Below are positions 1 through 8,952 of a stretch of DNA of 21,037 nt, in pieces. The notes under the pieces were generated by a model. That model was not told the DNA's origin, searched no databases, and saw only the letters and a program-made list of their open reading frames with translations. This DNA comes from Plebeiibacterium marinum (GTDB taxonomy: Bacteria; Bacteroidota; Bacteroidia; Bacteroidales; Marinilabiliaceae), in the NCBI RefSeq assembly GCF_026013615.1, contig NZ_JAPDPI010000067.1:1-21037 (forward strand), written 5' to 3'. How positions within the stretch are numbered: the first letter of the stretch is position 1; each line of letters begins with the position of its first letter. Both the position numbers and the translations under genes were made by a program.

Positions 1-81
1 GGAATCTCTTGCTCTAGAGCTTTTTGCTTCCTTTTTGGGGCAATGCCAAAAAGGGAGTTGGGTTTGGGACAACGTCCCAAT

Positions 82-125
82 ATCAAGAAATTCACTTCGT
101 GAATTTCTTAATTTAATGACATTGA
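82..125. repeat. Palindromic repeat module, copy A (perfect 11-bp-arm palindrome AAGAAATTCAC-ttc-GTGAATTTCTT at 85-109 plus conserved 3' tail)
   Basis: Inverted repeat read directly. About 32/42 nt are identical to copy B at 271-316, including a compensatory stem change (T:A here, C:G in copy B). Confidence 0.6.
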
Positions 126-270
126 TCGTGCGGCAGCCTGGGGGTTGGACGATTTGTATTCCGTAACGATCCCAAAAAACTTGAGAACTACCAACCTCAA
201 TACAAAAACATCCACAGGTAATTGGTATTTTAAATTTAATCAACCAATAACGCCAAGGAGGTAATGCTCT

Positions 271-316
271 TAACTTAAGAAATCCACTTTGTGGATTTCT
301 TAAGTTAAAGGTATTA
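271..316. repeat. Palindromic repeat module, copy B (perfect 14-bp-arm palindrome CTTAAGAAATCCAC-ttt-GTGGATTTCTTAAG at 274-304 plus conserved tail)
   Basis: Inverted repeat read directly. It is homologous to copy A about 192 bp upstream. GCCAAGGAGG occurs on both sides (252-261 and 318-327). Confidence 0.6.
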
Positions 317-351
317 GCCAAGGAGGGGGGCGAGGAGAACGCTATATTTTG

Positions 352-562
352 TGGTAGAACGGCTTTATGGGCTGGTAGAACGGGTCAGTGACTTGGTAGA
401 AACAGCATTTTGCCTTGGTAGAAGGGGTCAATTGGTTGGTAGAACGCCTCAAGTAGCTGGTAGAACAGCCCAATGACATGGTAGAAGTATCTCCCGGCGT
501 GGTAGAAGGGGGCAACAACATGGTAGAACGGGTCAGGGATCTGGTAGAACCTGTAAAATCAA
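352..562 (+). repeat. Phased tandem array: 10 units of 21 bp (one of 22 bp), each starting with an invariant TGGTAGAA core followed by a diverged 13-nt segment
   Basis: Core starts are at 352, 373, 394, 416, 437, 458, 479, 500, 521 and 542. The core is identical in 10/10 units. Degenerate extra copies lie at about 332 (GAGGAGAAC) and 563 (TGGTTTTGG). No ORF of 60 aa or more crosses the array, and the core contains TAG. Confidence 0.9.
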
Positions 563-626
563 TGGTTTTGGAATAATATCAAAAAAATCACGTGTCAAAT
601 AGTGGGTACAATATACTTTGTAATCA

Positions 627-1973
627 CTACAATATCCCCCTCGATTTAATTTCCAGGTACTTATTAATCGTATTTACCGTAAGCTCCCCCGGGGTTGTCA
701 GTATGGTTTGGATGCCGTGTTGGTTTAGTTCCCGAACAATCAGCTTTTTGTCGTAAACAAACTTCTCGGCAATGGTTTTAACATAGATGTCTTCTATGCT
801 TGTGGCCCGTTGGTCGGTAATTTTATTTACTTCGGTGTTTTTAAAAAATACAACAACCAATAAATGGGTTTTGGCAAGGGCCTGCAAATATGCGATCTGT
901 TTTCGTGCCGAGCTGATGCTTTCAAAATTGGTGTACAATACCAGTAAACTCCTGTGGGGGATCTTTCTTCTTACTTGTGCATAAAGCAGCTCAAGGTTGG
1001 ATTCCGGAAACTGTGTTTTTTGGTTGTATAACACTTCCATGATCGACTGCATATGTCGGCCATTTCTGGAAGCCGGTAACATAGAATGAATAGAGTTGCT
1101 GAATGTAAACAATCCTGCCTTATCATGCTTGAGCATGGCAATGTTTGATATAACCAGGGAAGTGTTTATGGCATAATCAAGTAGCGTCATTCCCTCAAAC
1201 GGCATTTTCATCGACCGGCTCATATCTATCAGGTTAAACACTTGCTGCGATTTCTCGTCCTGATACTGGTTTACCATTAAATGGCCTTTTCGGGCAGTTG
1301 CTTTCCAGTTGATGGTGCGGTAATCGTCGCCGGTAATATAGTCGCGTATCTGGTCAAACTCCATTTGGTGACCAATCTTCCTTATCTTTTTAATCCCTAC
1401 TTCAGTCAGGCGGTTTGAGATGGCCAATAGCTCAAATTTCTTCATCTCCACAAACGAAGGGTAAACTTTAACCATGGCATCCTGACTAAAAATATACCTC
1501 CTTTTAATCAGTTTTAAAGGTGAGCAGATGTTTATATTCATTGCCCCAAAAAGGTACTCGCCCCTGGTTACCGGTTTTACCTGGTAGTAAAAGTTCTTTT
1601 CCTGGGATGGATTTAATGAAAACTCTTCCATAAAATCCCTTTTCTGGAATTGGAACGGCAGTTCATCAATAACACTGACCCTTACCGGAAAATTGAATTT
1701 GTTGCTGATAAAAAGCTGTACTTTATTAGTGTCGCCATTCGAAAATCTTTCGGGTAAATTGCGCGAACCCAGTATCTTTTTATTACTTCCCTTGTGGTAT
1801 ATCAGAATAGTGTCTGTGATAAATAAAAAAACAAATAATGTAAACGATATCTGGGCCATAATAAATACCGGTTGGTAGTATTGCCCAACAATCATCAATG
1901 CCACAAGCAGTCCCAGTCCGGCAAAAAACCGGTTTGTTAAAAAGAAAGATTTCCAGAAGTTTTGCATATACAA
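627..1973 (-). CDS. DUF58 family protein (vWA-like partner of MoxR ATPases) with two N-terminal TM helices
   Basis: 448-aa ORF. It carries the hallmark DUF58 motif [35 protein letters not shown]. It lies 6 nt downstream of the MoxR gene, which is the canonical MoxR-DUF58 pairing. Confidence 0.88.
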   Translation of the reverse strand: MYMQNFWKSFFLTNRFFAGLGLLVALMIVGQYYQPVFIMAQISFTLFVFLFITDTILIYHKGSNKKILGSRNLPERFSNGDTNKVQLFISNKFNFPVRVSVIDELPFQFQKRDFMEEFSLNPSQEKNFYYQVKPVTRGEYLFGAMNINICSPLKLIKRRYIFSQDAMVKVYPSFVEMKKFELLAISNRLTEVGIKKIRKIGHQMEFDQIRDYITGDDYRTINWKATARKGHLMVNQYQDEKSQQVFNLIDMSRSMKMPFEGMTLLDYAINTSLVISNIAMLKHDKAGLFTFSNSIHSMLPASRNGRHMQSIMEVLYNQKTQFPESNLELLYAQVRRKIPHRSLLVLYTNFESISSARKQIAYLQALAKTHLLVVVFFKNTEVNKITDQRATSIEDIYVKTIAEKFVYDKKLIVRELNQHGIQTILTTPGELTVNTINKYLEIKSRGIL

Positions 1974-1979
1974 TATTGT

Positions 1980-2960
1980 TTATCGTGGAATCTCTACCGA
2001 ATCAATAATTTGCCGGATAACAGCATGGGTGCTGATGCCTTCCATTTCTTTTTCGGGTGTCAGGATCACACGGTGCGTTAACACGGGCAGCAATACAAAT
2101 TTCACATCTTCCGGAGTCACAAAGTCACGTCCTTCAATGGCCGCATAGGCTTTGGCCGCATTTAAAACTGCCAATGAAGCTCTTGGACTGGCTCCCAGGT
2201 ATAAGCTGTTGGTGGTTCTTGTTTTTTCAACAATACGGGCAATATAGCTTACGATGTCTTTTTCAACGATCACTTCTTTTACTAAGGATTGAAAAGCGGT
2301 AATTTCATGGGCTTTAACTACCGGCACTACCTGGTCGAGCTCATGTTGACTCTTTCTGGTCTGAGCATTGGCAATAATCTCAATTTCTTCTTCCAGGCTC
2401 GGATATCCTAGTTCTATTTTAAACAGAAAACGGTCGAGTTGAGCTTCCGGCAAACGGTAAGTACCTTCATGTTCTATGGGGTTTTGTGTAGCAAAAACAA
2501 TAAACGGATTTTCCATTTTCCAACAATTGCCATCAATGGTAACCTGTCGTTCTTCCATCACTTCAAACAAGGCAGCCTGTGTTTTTGCCGGCGAGCGGTT
2601 TATCTCATCTATAAGTACCAGGTTTGAAAATATGGGGCCTTGTTTAAACTCAAATTTTGAAGTGCCCGAGTTGAAAATGGTAGTACCCAAAACATCCGAA
2701 GGCATTAGGTCGGGCGTAAACTGAATTCGCGAAAAGTCGGTGGATATGGTTTTGGCCAAAAGCTTTGATATCATGGTTTTGGCAATTCCCGGAACACCTT
2801 CGAGCAGTATGTGGCCATTGGCCAGCAGGGCGGTTAACATCAGGTCAATAATTTTTTCCTGACCCACAATAACTTTGGTTATTTCGTTTTTTATCTTAAA
2901 AACAGCTTTGTTTAGTTCATCCAGATTTAATCTGTTTTCAAAGGGGGTATTATTTTCCAT
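1980..2960 (-). CDS. MoxR-family AAA+ ATPase
   Basis: 326-aa ORF. Walker A is [11 protein letters not shown] and Walker B is LVLIDEINR. The [25 protein letters not shown]-terminus and C-terminal lid region ([31 protein letters not shown]) are typical of MoxR. Confidence 0.95.
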   Translation of the reverse strand: MENNTPFENRLNLDELNKAVFKIKNEITKVIVGQEKIIDLMLTALLANGHILLEGVPGIAKTMISKLLAKTISTDFSRIQFTPDLMPSDVLGTTIFNSGTSKFEFKQGPIFSNLVLIDEINRSPAKTQAALFEVMEERQVTIDGNCWKMENPFIVFATQNPIEHEGTYRLPEAQLDRFLFKIELGYPSLEEEIEIIANAQTRKSQHELDQVVPVVKAHEITAFQSLVKEVIVEKDIVSYIARIVEKTRTTNSLYLGASPRASLAVLNAAKAYAAIEGRDFVTPEDVKFVLLPVLTHRVILTPEKEMEGISTHAVIRQIIDSVEIPR

Positions 2961-2971
2961 ATGGTTGCTTC

Positions 2972-4171
2972 TTATTTGTTTTTACATTTTTGATAGATAT
3001 ACTCAATGTTTTTACTGAAATGTTCCAGGTCTTCTTCGGTATAGGATGCGTTCAGTCTTAATCTTTCAGCCTGCGAAAAAAGTTTTTTGATGGTTTTATG
3101 GGGTATATCCAGTTTGTTTGATATTTCTTGTATTAAGTGTTCATTCGTTTCTGAGGTGTCAATAAAATATCGGGTACGTAAAAATTCAAGAAAGTACTTG
3201 AATCTTTTTTGGGCTATATCTAAATGGTTTTTTCGTTTAAAGTACAACCTGCCTATGGTTTCGATAAACGACAGCGTGGTGTTTCGGGGTGGATTTATTA
3301 CTGGAATTTTCCTTTGGTTTCTTTTTGCTGAGATCACAAGGTAGGTAACAATGGTAAAGAGCAGAATATACCAGGCATATTTAAGCCCTTTTTGCGACAG
3401 TATGTAGCGTAGCAAAGATGTAGATGGACGGGGCTTGGCTTTGTAGTATTCGTCCCATATTACCTTGCTGTTCTGTGGCAGGTAGGATAAAGTTTTAAAG
3501 GCGTATTCGTAATTAATATCCGAAACCAGGTTAAAATTAGTATAGGCTAAGGGATTCAGGTTAATAAAAAAGTTTCCCTGGCCATATTTTACCCTGATAA
3601 AATTGGTTTTTGCTTTATTGCCTAATCCTAAAACGGTTGTTTTCAGGGTGTCGTAATAATTGAAATGGATGTTTTGAAATGCTTTTTTGTAGGTGTATCC
3701 AAAGGGTGACTTCAAGGTTTTGTTGACCAGGTTAATCGTTATCGAATCATTGTAAATGTTCTTAATGTTGAAACTGGTGTTTATGTCAAAACCAATGGAA
3801 TCCAATACCAAATCGCTAAATTCTGAAGCTGCAATAAAGACATTGTTCCCTTTTTTTACATGACTGGTTATTTTATCAAAGTCGGTTTTATCCGGATGAA
3901 ATGAACTGTTGATAATAACCAGGTCTGCTTTTTCAAATTGATCTCCTGATAAAAAGTTGTATAAGGGCGAATGGCAGGTATATATTGCTGAAGAATCAAA
4001 AAGTGTTTTTAATTCATCAAACAGAATTTTGCTTCCGTAAGGAATGTCGTCATCTTTCGAAAAACTCAGGCTCCAGTCAATGGGTTTGGGGGTAATGATA
4101 AGAATGAATAGATATAGTACAAAACCAAATCCAAGTGCCCCAAAAACATATTTATTCTTTTTGTTACTCAT
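2972..4171 (-). CDS. DUF4350-like membrane-anchored protein (N-terminal TM, large extracytoplasmic domain, second TM, C-terminal cytoplasmic helical tail)
   Basis: 399-aa ORF. The N-terminal TM is followed by PKPIDWSLSFSKDDDIPYGSKILFDEL, which resembles DUF4350 proteins found upstream of MoxR. It overlaps the upstream gene by 8 nt. Confidence 0.7.
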   Translation of the reverse strand: MSNKKNKYVFGALGFGFVLYLFILIITPKPIDWSLSFSKDDDIPYGSKILFDELKTLFDSSAIYTCHSPLYNFLSGDQFEKADLVIINSSFHPDKTDFDKITSHVKKGNNVFIAASEFSDLVLDSIGFDINTSFNIKNIYNDSITINLVNKTLKSPFGYTYKKAFQNIHFNYYDTLKTTVLGLGNKAKTNFIRVKYGQGNFFINLNPLAYTNFNLVSDINYEYAFKTLSYLPQNSKVIWDEYYKAKPRPSTSLLRYILSQKGLKYAWYILLFTIVTYLVISAKRNQRKIPVINPPRNTTLSFIETIGRLYFKRKNHLDIAQKRFKYFLEFLRTRYFIDTSETNEHLIQEISNKLDIPHKTIKKLFSQAERLRLNASYTEEDLEHFSKNIEYIYQKCKNK

Positions 4172-4895
4172 GTTTGTTGGATTTAGGTGTCATACAATCA
4201 TTAAAATGATCAAACTGGGTTTTCATTGCCAAAAACTTTGATTCGTCCATAGCAAATTGTCCGTACCAAACATATTCGTAATTCAATACCAGCTGCTTGA
4301 ATTCCTGTCTGTTCTTTTTAGCTTTTAGTTCATAATAGTAGTCCAGGTTCGTTTTCCAGGGTTGCCAATCTATTTTATTTTCATGGTGTAATTGGCGTAA
4401 ACACAGCAAGTATAGAATCCTGACGGCTTCTCTGTGTGCTTTGTTGCGTATGCTCACCTGCAGCATGTTGTCCAGATTTTGATTGTGTATGTCATCACTA
4501 CCCTGTGCAAAATTTAGTTGAGATACGGGTTTGCTTGCACTTATAATGAAGATTCCTGAGGGCCTGATGCCAATGAGTTTGAGTATGATAAAAATAAGGA
4601 TGAGTACTCCGGTTCCAATTATCAGGTATTTAATGGTGTTGGGTTGTATGCCCATATCGGCAAATAATCCAAAGAACCATTTTATAAACTTATCCCAAAG
4701 TGATTCCGGCATTTCATACCTGTCGTACTTATAAATATCCATTTGCCTGTAGGCCTCCATGGTTTCAACAGAAGGGTGGCGGTACACAACTGTGGAATTG
4801 TCCCAGGCCGATACCTTTCCGGTTTGTTGCGAAAAGGTTAAAATGCCCGGGGCAACAATCAAACAGAATAATATAATACGATTTAAATACTTCAT
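4164..4895 (-). CDS. DUF4129-like protein (signal peptide, central TM, C-terminal DUF4129-type helical domain)
   Basis: 243-aa ORF. The C-terminal segment REAVRILYLLCLRQLHHENKIDWQPWKTNLDYYYEL resembles DUF4129. Its start codon directly abuts the stop of the upstream gene (4895/4896). Confidence 0.65.
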   Translation of the reverse strand: MKYLNRIILFCLIVAPGILTFSQQTGKVSAWDNSTVVYRHPSVETMEAYRQMDIYKYDRYEMPESLWDKFIKWFFGLFADMGIQPNTIKYLIIGTGVLILIFIILKLIGIRPSGIFIISASKPVSQLNFAQGSDDIHNQNLDNMLQVSIRNKAHREAVRILYLLCLRQLHHENKIDWQPWKTNLDYYYELKAKKNRQEFKQLVLNYEYVWYGQFAMDESKFLAMKTQFDHFNDCMTPKSNKHE

Positions 4896-5816
4896 TTAGT
4901 CGTTAGTGCTGTTGATGTTTTTAATTCGTTCCAGAAGAGAGGTGTTGTCCTTGTGTTCGCATAAGCTGAAATATTGGAACGAGAGGATCAGGGGAAGTAT
5001 TGGGGTGGAAATAACCGTAGTTAGTGTGGATGAAACTGAAATAATAATTGCAGGAATGATGTCCACTGTTTTACTGTTAGATAGCAGGCCTTTAGCTGTA
5101 AAATACGATGTTACCGGAACTGTCAATGCCATATTCAAGGCAAAGCCAATGATAATGGCAATAATGACCAAGCCAAATGTTTGCCACCAATGGCCCTTAA
5201 TCAGGTAAAAACACCTTCTGGCAGATTCCAGATAGGGTTCGTCTTCGTTTAGTTTGATAATCAGTATAAATGAAAATGCCAGGGATATATATATTACAAG
5301 AATCAAGGTGGCAAAAACACCAATGGCTGCCACAATTGGATTTCCCAGTGCTCCTAAAAACAAAGCTACTATACCATATGCAGTTCCAATCAGCAATAGG
5401 GTTAACAACGAGTATCCCAACAGGGCCATAAACTTGCCGGTAAACATGCTCCATACAGAATGGGTGTTTTCTGCCCGGTTGTTGTTTTTTGAATAATGAA
5501 CTACGTATGAATAGGTTAGTCCGTAAAAGAATAAATACATAATAATAGACAGGATGTAGATAAGGAAAACCTCGTTGGAGACGTTTTGACTAAATTCCTG
5601 GGCCTGACTTGGATTGGATAGTACTTTGAATAAGGTGTTAAAAGTGTTTCTGAAGTAAATAGTACTGAAAATTGAATATACCAGGACAGGGAGCCCTGCA
5701 TATAGAATAATCATTCTCCAGAATAATTTATATTCTTGCTTTATAAAGGCAAAAGTAGCGTTCAATACATCACTAAAACCGCGTTTCTTTTTGAGTTCAA
5801 TATTTTGTTCCATCAT
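4896..5816 (-). CDS. Polytopic integral membrane protein of unknown function
   Basis: 306-aa ORF with about 6 hydrophobic helices and no motif I can name. Its start overlaps the stop of the upstream gene by 1 nt (TAATG). Confidence 0.6.
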   Translation of the reverse strand: MMEQNIELKKKRGFSDVLNATFAFIKQEYKLFWRMIILYAGLPVLVYSIFSTIYFRNTFNTLFKVLSNPSQAQEFSQNVSNEVFLIYILSIIMYLFFYGLTYSYVVHYSKNNNRAENTHSVWSMFTGKFMALLGYSLLTLLLIGTAYGIVALFLGALGNPIVAAIGVFATLILVIYISLAFSFILIIKLNEDEPYLESARRCFYLIKGHWWQTFGLVIIAIIIGFALNMALTVPVTSYFTAKGLLSNSKTVDIIPAIIISVSSTLTTVISTPILPLILSFQYFSLCEHKDNTSLLERIKNINSTND

Positions 5817-6808
5817 TAATTGGTGTCTGTATGTTTTTGGTTTCTATTGTTTACTAATTTTTTATGTGCAAATATCGGGTTAATGAAAAAATACCAGATG
5901 ATAAAACCTAAGGAGCATATTATAATCAATAAGTTGACAAACAGAGGCATGGTGTCGTAATGCCTGGTTACAAAACTTTCTAAAAAGCCGGCAACGATAA
6001 ATACCGGAACCAGCCCAAGCATAATTTTTAAGCCGCGGATTACACCTTTTTGCAGAGCTACCACCCTTGGGTAAGTTCCGGGGAATAAATAGCTGTTGCC
6101 AAGTATTATCCCTGCTCCTCCGGCCAGGATAATGGCTGGTATTTCAAGAGCCCCATGGATATAAATGGTTAAGGTAGATACAGTGAATAGATTTTTTAAG
6201 TAAAAAAAAGTTTGAAAAGAGCCCAGCATAACCCCGTTCTGAAATAAAATAAATCCTACAGCAAGGGGTGTTAATATGCCAAAAATAAAGGCCATAAACG
6301 AAACTTTTATGTTATTGAAAGTAATAAAAAAGAACATTTCAAATTCACTCCTGCTGCTATATATCCCCATGGGATCGCCTTTTTCAATGTTATCAAGGGT
6401 TGTATTTACATAGGCATCCCCTGTAATCAGGCGTATAAACCCATCGTCGTTAACCGCCGAAATGCCACCCAGTACAAATGATATTGTAAAAATGATAACA
6501 GAGACATAGAAGTATTTCCGGGCGTGGTACAGTTCCAACGGGAGCTCTTTGAACCAGAAATCTTTGAAACGGTTTGATTTTTCTTTTTTGTTTTTATATA
6601 CTTCCTGGTGGGTTTGTACTGCCAATGAGTTAAGGTATGATATGGTTGGCGATTCGGGAAAGAAAGTACGTGCGTAGGCCAGGTCATCTGTGAGTTGAAT
6701 AAACTGTTCTGCAAGCTCATCAGGATTGATGCTTCCCGTATGCTTGATGTTCTTTTCAAAGCTTTGCCATCGGTTCTTGTTTCTGTTGATAAACGTGATT
6801 TCTTTCAT
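5816..6808 (-). CDS. SpoIIM-like (stage II sporulation protein M / DUF95 family) integral membrane protein
   Basis: 330-aa ORF. A roughly 90-aa soluble N-terminus precedes multiple TM helices with an HGALEIPAIILAGGAG-type motif typical of this family. It is the first gene of the minus-strand operon. Confidence 0.65.
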   Translation of the reverse strand: MKEITFINRNKNRWQSFEKNIKHTGSINPDELAEQFIQLTDDLAYARTFFPESPTISYLNSLAVQTHQEVYKNKKEKSNRFKDFWFKELPLELYHARKYFYVSVIIFTISFVLGGISAVNDDGFIRLITGDAYVNTTLDNIEKGDPMGIYSSRSEFEMFFFITFNNIKVSFMAFIFGILTPLAVGFILFQNGVMLGSFQTFFYLKNLFTVSTLTIYIHGALEIPAIILAGGAGIILGNSYLFPGTYPRVVALQKGVIRGLKIMLGLVPVFIVAGFLESFVTRHYDTMPLFVNLLIIICSLGFIIWYFFINPIFAHKKLVNNRNQKHTDTN

Positions 6809-6862
6809 AAATCAAGTCAGGTAACTGAATGCTAAAATGATTCAATTTTTAGTTTAAAACAT

Positions 6863-6870
6863 CAAATATA
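6863..6870 (-). promoter_or_regulatory. Candidate Bacteroidota -7 promoter box (TATATTTG on the minus strand) for the six-gene operon
   Basis: CAAATATA on the plus strand is TAnnTTTG on the minus strand, about 55 nt upstream of the start codon at 6808. This is a motif match only. Confidence 0.3.
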
Positions 6871-7002
6871 ATTAATCAGCTCAAATTTGTTACATTTGGT
6901 GAAGCTATAATTTATCAGTATTGCTTAGTGCTTGTAAGAAAACTGGGTTTTGAATACTATAAATTAAATTGTTGATTGGTATATAGTACTATAAAGCGTA
7001 TT

Positions 7003-7722
7003 ATGGAGTTTGTAAATATTGACACCACACAAAATGTGAATCTTGAGTTTAAGTCGGCAAGTATCGGTGATAGGATACTGGCATACTGTTTCGACTTGTT
7101 GATTATTTTAACCTGGAGTATTACCTGGACGATCATCATAAACAAAATGGGCGGTTTTGAAGTGTGGAATATTGTTTTTTCATTGCCCGTAGTGTTTTAC
7201 AGTTTGTTATGCGAACTTTTGTTGAACGGGCAATCCTTTGGAAAAATGGTGTTTAAAATTAAAGTGGTAAAACTGGATGGCAGCGAGTTGACCCTGGCTA
7301 CTTGTTTGGTGCGTTGGCTGTTTCGTATTGTTGATAATTTGATCTTGTTTGGGAGTATTGCTGTTTTAACCATCATATTGAGTAAAAAATCTCAACGGCT
7401 TGGAGATATCACTGCCGGTACTACCGTTATTAAGCTAAACAAGGCTAATTTATTCGAGGACACTAGTTTTGTTGAAGTTCCCGAGAGCTACGATTTAAAA
7501 TACCCTCAGGTGAATCTTTTAAATGATACTGATGCAAACATTATTAAAGACGTGCTCAAGTTAGAAAAGGCTTCAGGTCCTGGGGATGTTGATTCTGTTG
7601 AAAGTATCTTAAAAAAGACACAAAGGGCTATTCAACAAAAGTTAAGCCTTACCGAAGTGGAAGTTGAGCCAAAAGAGTTCCTGAAATCAGTTTTGATAGA
7701 TTATAATCATATGAATCAATAA
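7003..7722 (+). CDS. RDD family membrane protein
   Basis: The ORF track opens at a TTG at 6976, but the ATG at 7003 (MEFVNIDTTQNV...) is the more plausible start. IGDRILAYCFDLLI, GQSFGKMVFKIKVV and QRLGDITAGTTVIK are typical RDD-domain features. It is divergent from the MoxR operon. Confidence 0.8.
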   Translation: MEFVNIDTTQNVNLEFKSASIGDRILAYCFDLLIILTWSITWTIIINKMGGFEVWNIVFSLPVVFYSLLCELLLNGQSFGKMVFKIKVVKLDGSELTLATCLVRWLFRIVDNLILFGSIAVLTIILSKKSQRLGDITAGTTVIKLNKANLFEDTSFVEVPESYDLKYPQVNLLNDTDANIIKDVLKLEKASGPGDVDSVESILKKTQRAIQQKLSLTEVEVEPKEFLKSVLIDYNHMNQ

Positions 7723-7731
7723 ACTTTGGGT

Positions 7732-8886
7732 ATGAGATATATAATAGTTTATATGTTGCTAATTGGGTTGTTCGCCTGTAATAAACCTGTAGAACAAAAA
7801 GTGCCGGTTGTAGATGGACAGGTTATTAATGCAAATGGGGGCAAATTGTTTTTCTACCAGCAGAATACGGATATTAAGCTTTTGGATACCATTACAGTTA
7901 GTGACCAGGGAAGCTTTCGGATATATAAGGAAAGTGTTACTGCCCCGGGGTTTTATTTTTTACAGTTCGAAAATGGGCAACGTATTAACCTTTTTCTTCG
8001 TCCGGCCGATTTTATTCAGCTTCAGGTAGATGCCAATGATGTTATAAATAGCTGCAAAAGCAAGAATTCAAAAACTATGAATGCACTATGGGAAATCGAC
8101 CGCAATACAAAGGAACTGAAAACCCATCTGGACCGTATTTCGGGTGATTTTGCAGGTATTGTAGGAAAGGATTCTGCAGTGGTTCTTTATCAAAGTCTGG
8201 TTGCCCAAAAAGATAGCCTCCTGAAAAAATATAAGAGTAAAGCATTAAAACTGTTGAAAGGCATTGATGATGAAGTAGTGAAATGGTATACACTCAATCA
8301 AAAGGTTGCAAATATTATTTTGTTTTCCCTTGAGGAGGATCTAAAGCTATTTCTGGGCAATTCTGAAAAATTGATGAAAGATGACAGGTTAAGTGAACTG
8401 TTTTATGACTATGACCAGGATTTAATGAAGGCCTACTCTTTTATACGAAGGACGGAAAGATACTCAAAAGGTGAGCAAATGATTGAGCTCAAAGCCAGAA
8501 CCAATTGGGATGAGATGCTACCCCTGGATAAACTGAATGCAAAATTAATTCTGTTAGTATTATGGAATGGTGATGTTGAAGCTTGTGAGGTCAGACTAAA
8601 GGAAATAGAAAGTAATAGAAAGAAATATGGGCACCGGGGATTGAAGGTGTTAATGGTGGCTTATGAAAATAATAAAGAATCATGGAAAGAAAATATCTCT
8701 CGTTTAAGTAGTTCGTATTGGAATATTGTTGATACAACAGGAATAGAGTCTACCGATCTGGTGGAACTAGGAGTAAGGTCATTGCCATTTAACTTTTTGG
8801 TTTCCCCGGAGGGAACTATTGTTGAACGTGAATTGTGGGGCGCAGAGTTGGAAACGGGGGTAGAGAATTTTCTTAAAAATTATTAA
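7732..8886 (+). CDS. Lipoprotein with a C-terminal TlpA/thioredoxin-like fold and a degenerate active site (VEAC instead of CxxC)
   Basis: The lipobox is LIGLFAC. The ORF track starts at a TTG at 7726, and the ATG at 7732 is more likely. The C-terminal segment LVLWNGDVEACEVRLKEIE...LKVLMVAYENNKESWKENI...LPFNFLVSPEGTIV aligns with the TlpA pattern FWASWCxPC...VSLD...W...IPxxFLIDxxGxI. Confidence 0.75.
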   Translation: MRYIIVYMLLIGLFACNKPVEQKVPVVDGQVINANGGKLFFYQQNTDIKLLDTITVSDQGSFRIYKESVTAPGFYFLQFENGQRINLFLRPADFIQLQVDANDVINSCKSKNSKTMNALWEIDRNTKELKTHLDRISGDFAGIVGKDSAVVLYQSLVAQKDSLLKKYKSKALKLLKGIDDEVVKWYTLNQKVANIILFSLEEDLKLFLGNSEKLMKDDRLSELFYDYDQDLMKAYSFIRRTERYSKGEQMIELKARTNWDEMLPLDKLNAKLILLVLWNGDVEACEVRLKEIESNRKKYGHRGLKVLMVAYENNKESWKENISRLSSSYWNIVDTTGIESTDLVELGVRSLPFNFLVSPEGTIVERELWGAELETGVENFLKNY

Positions 8887-8952
8887 TATATTTGGGCGCG
8901 GAACAACTAAAATAGAGAGTTGTCAGCATTACCTGTAATCAAAATATGCAAA

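Noticed and set aside
85-304. parS (ParB-binding) sites in the long palindromes and at CACGTG (590-595)
   Set aside because: The TTCAC/GTGAA half-sites resemble the parS core, but they are separated by a 3-bp spacer and the outer positions do not match TGTTTCAC-GTGAAACA. The CACGTG site lacks matching flanks.
352-562. CRISPR array interpretation of the 21-bp repeat
   Set aside because: The conserved part is only 8-9 bp and the variable part only 12-13 bp, far below CRISPR repeat and spacer sizes. The variable parts still share a decayed consensus, so they are diverged repeat sequence rather than acquired spacers. No cas genes are in the window.
200-600. Chromosomal oriC
   Set aside because: There are only about three imperfect DnaA-box-like motifs (6-7 of 9 positions), two of which are the arms of one palindrome. 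No clear AT-rich 13-mer unwinding element and no dnaA/dnaN context are visible. It is kept only as a speculative remark inside a finding.
6427-6759. 110-aa ORF on the same strand nested in the SpoIIM-like gene
   Set aside because: It is an alternative frame of a longer ORF with coherent TM topology, and its own translation has no features.
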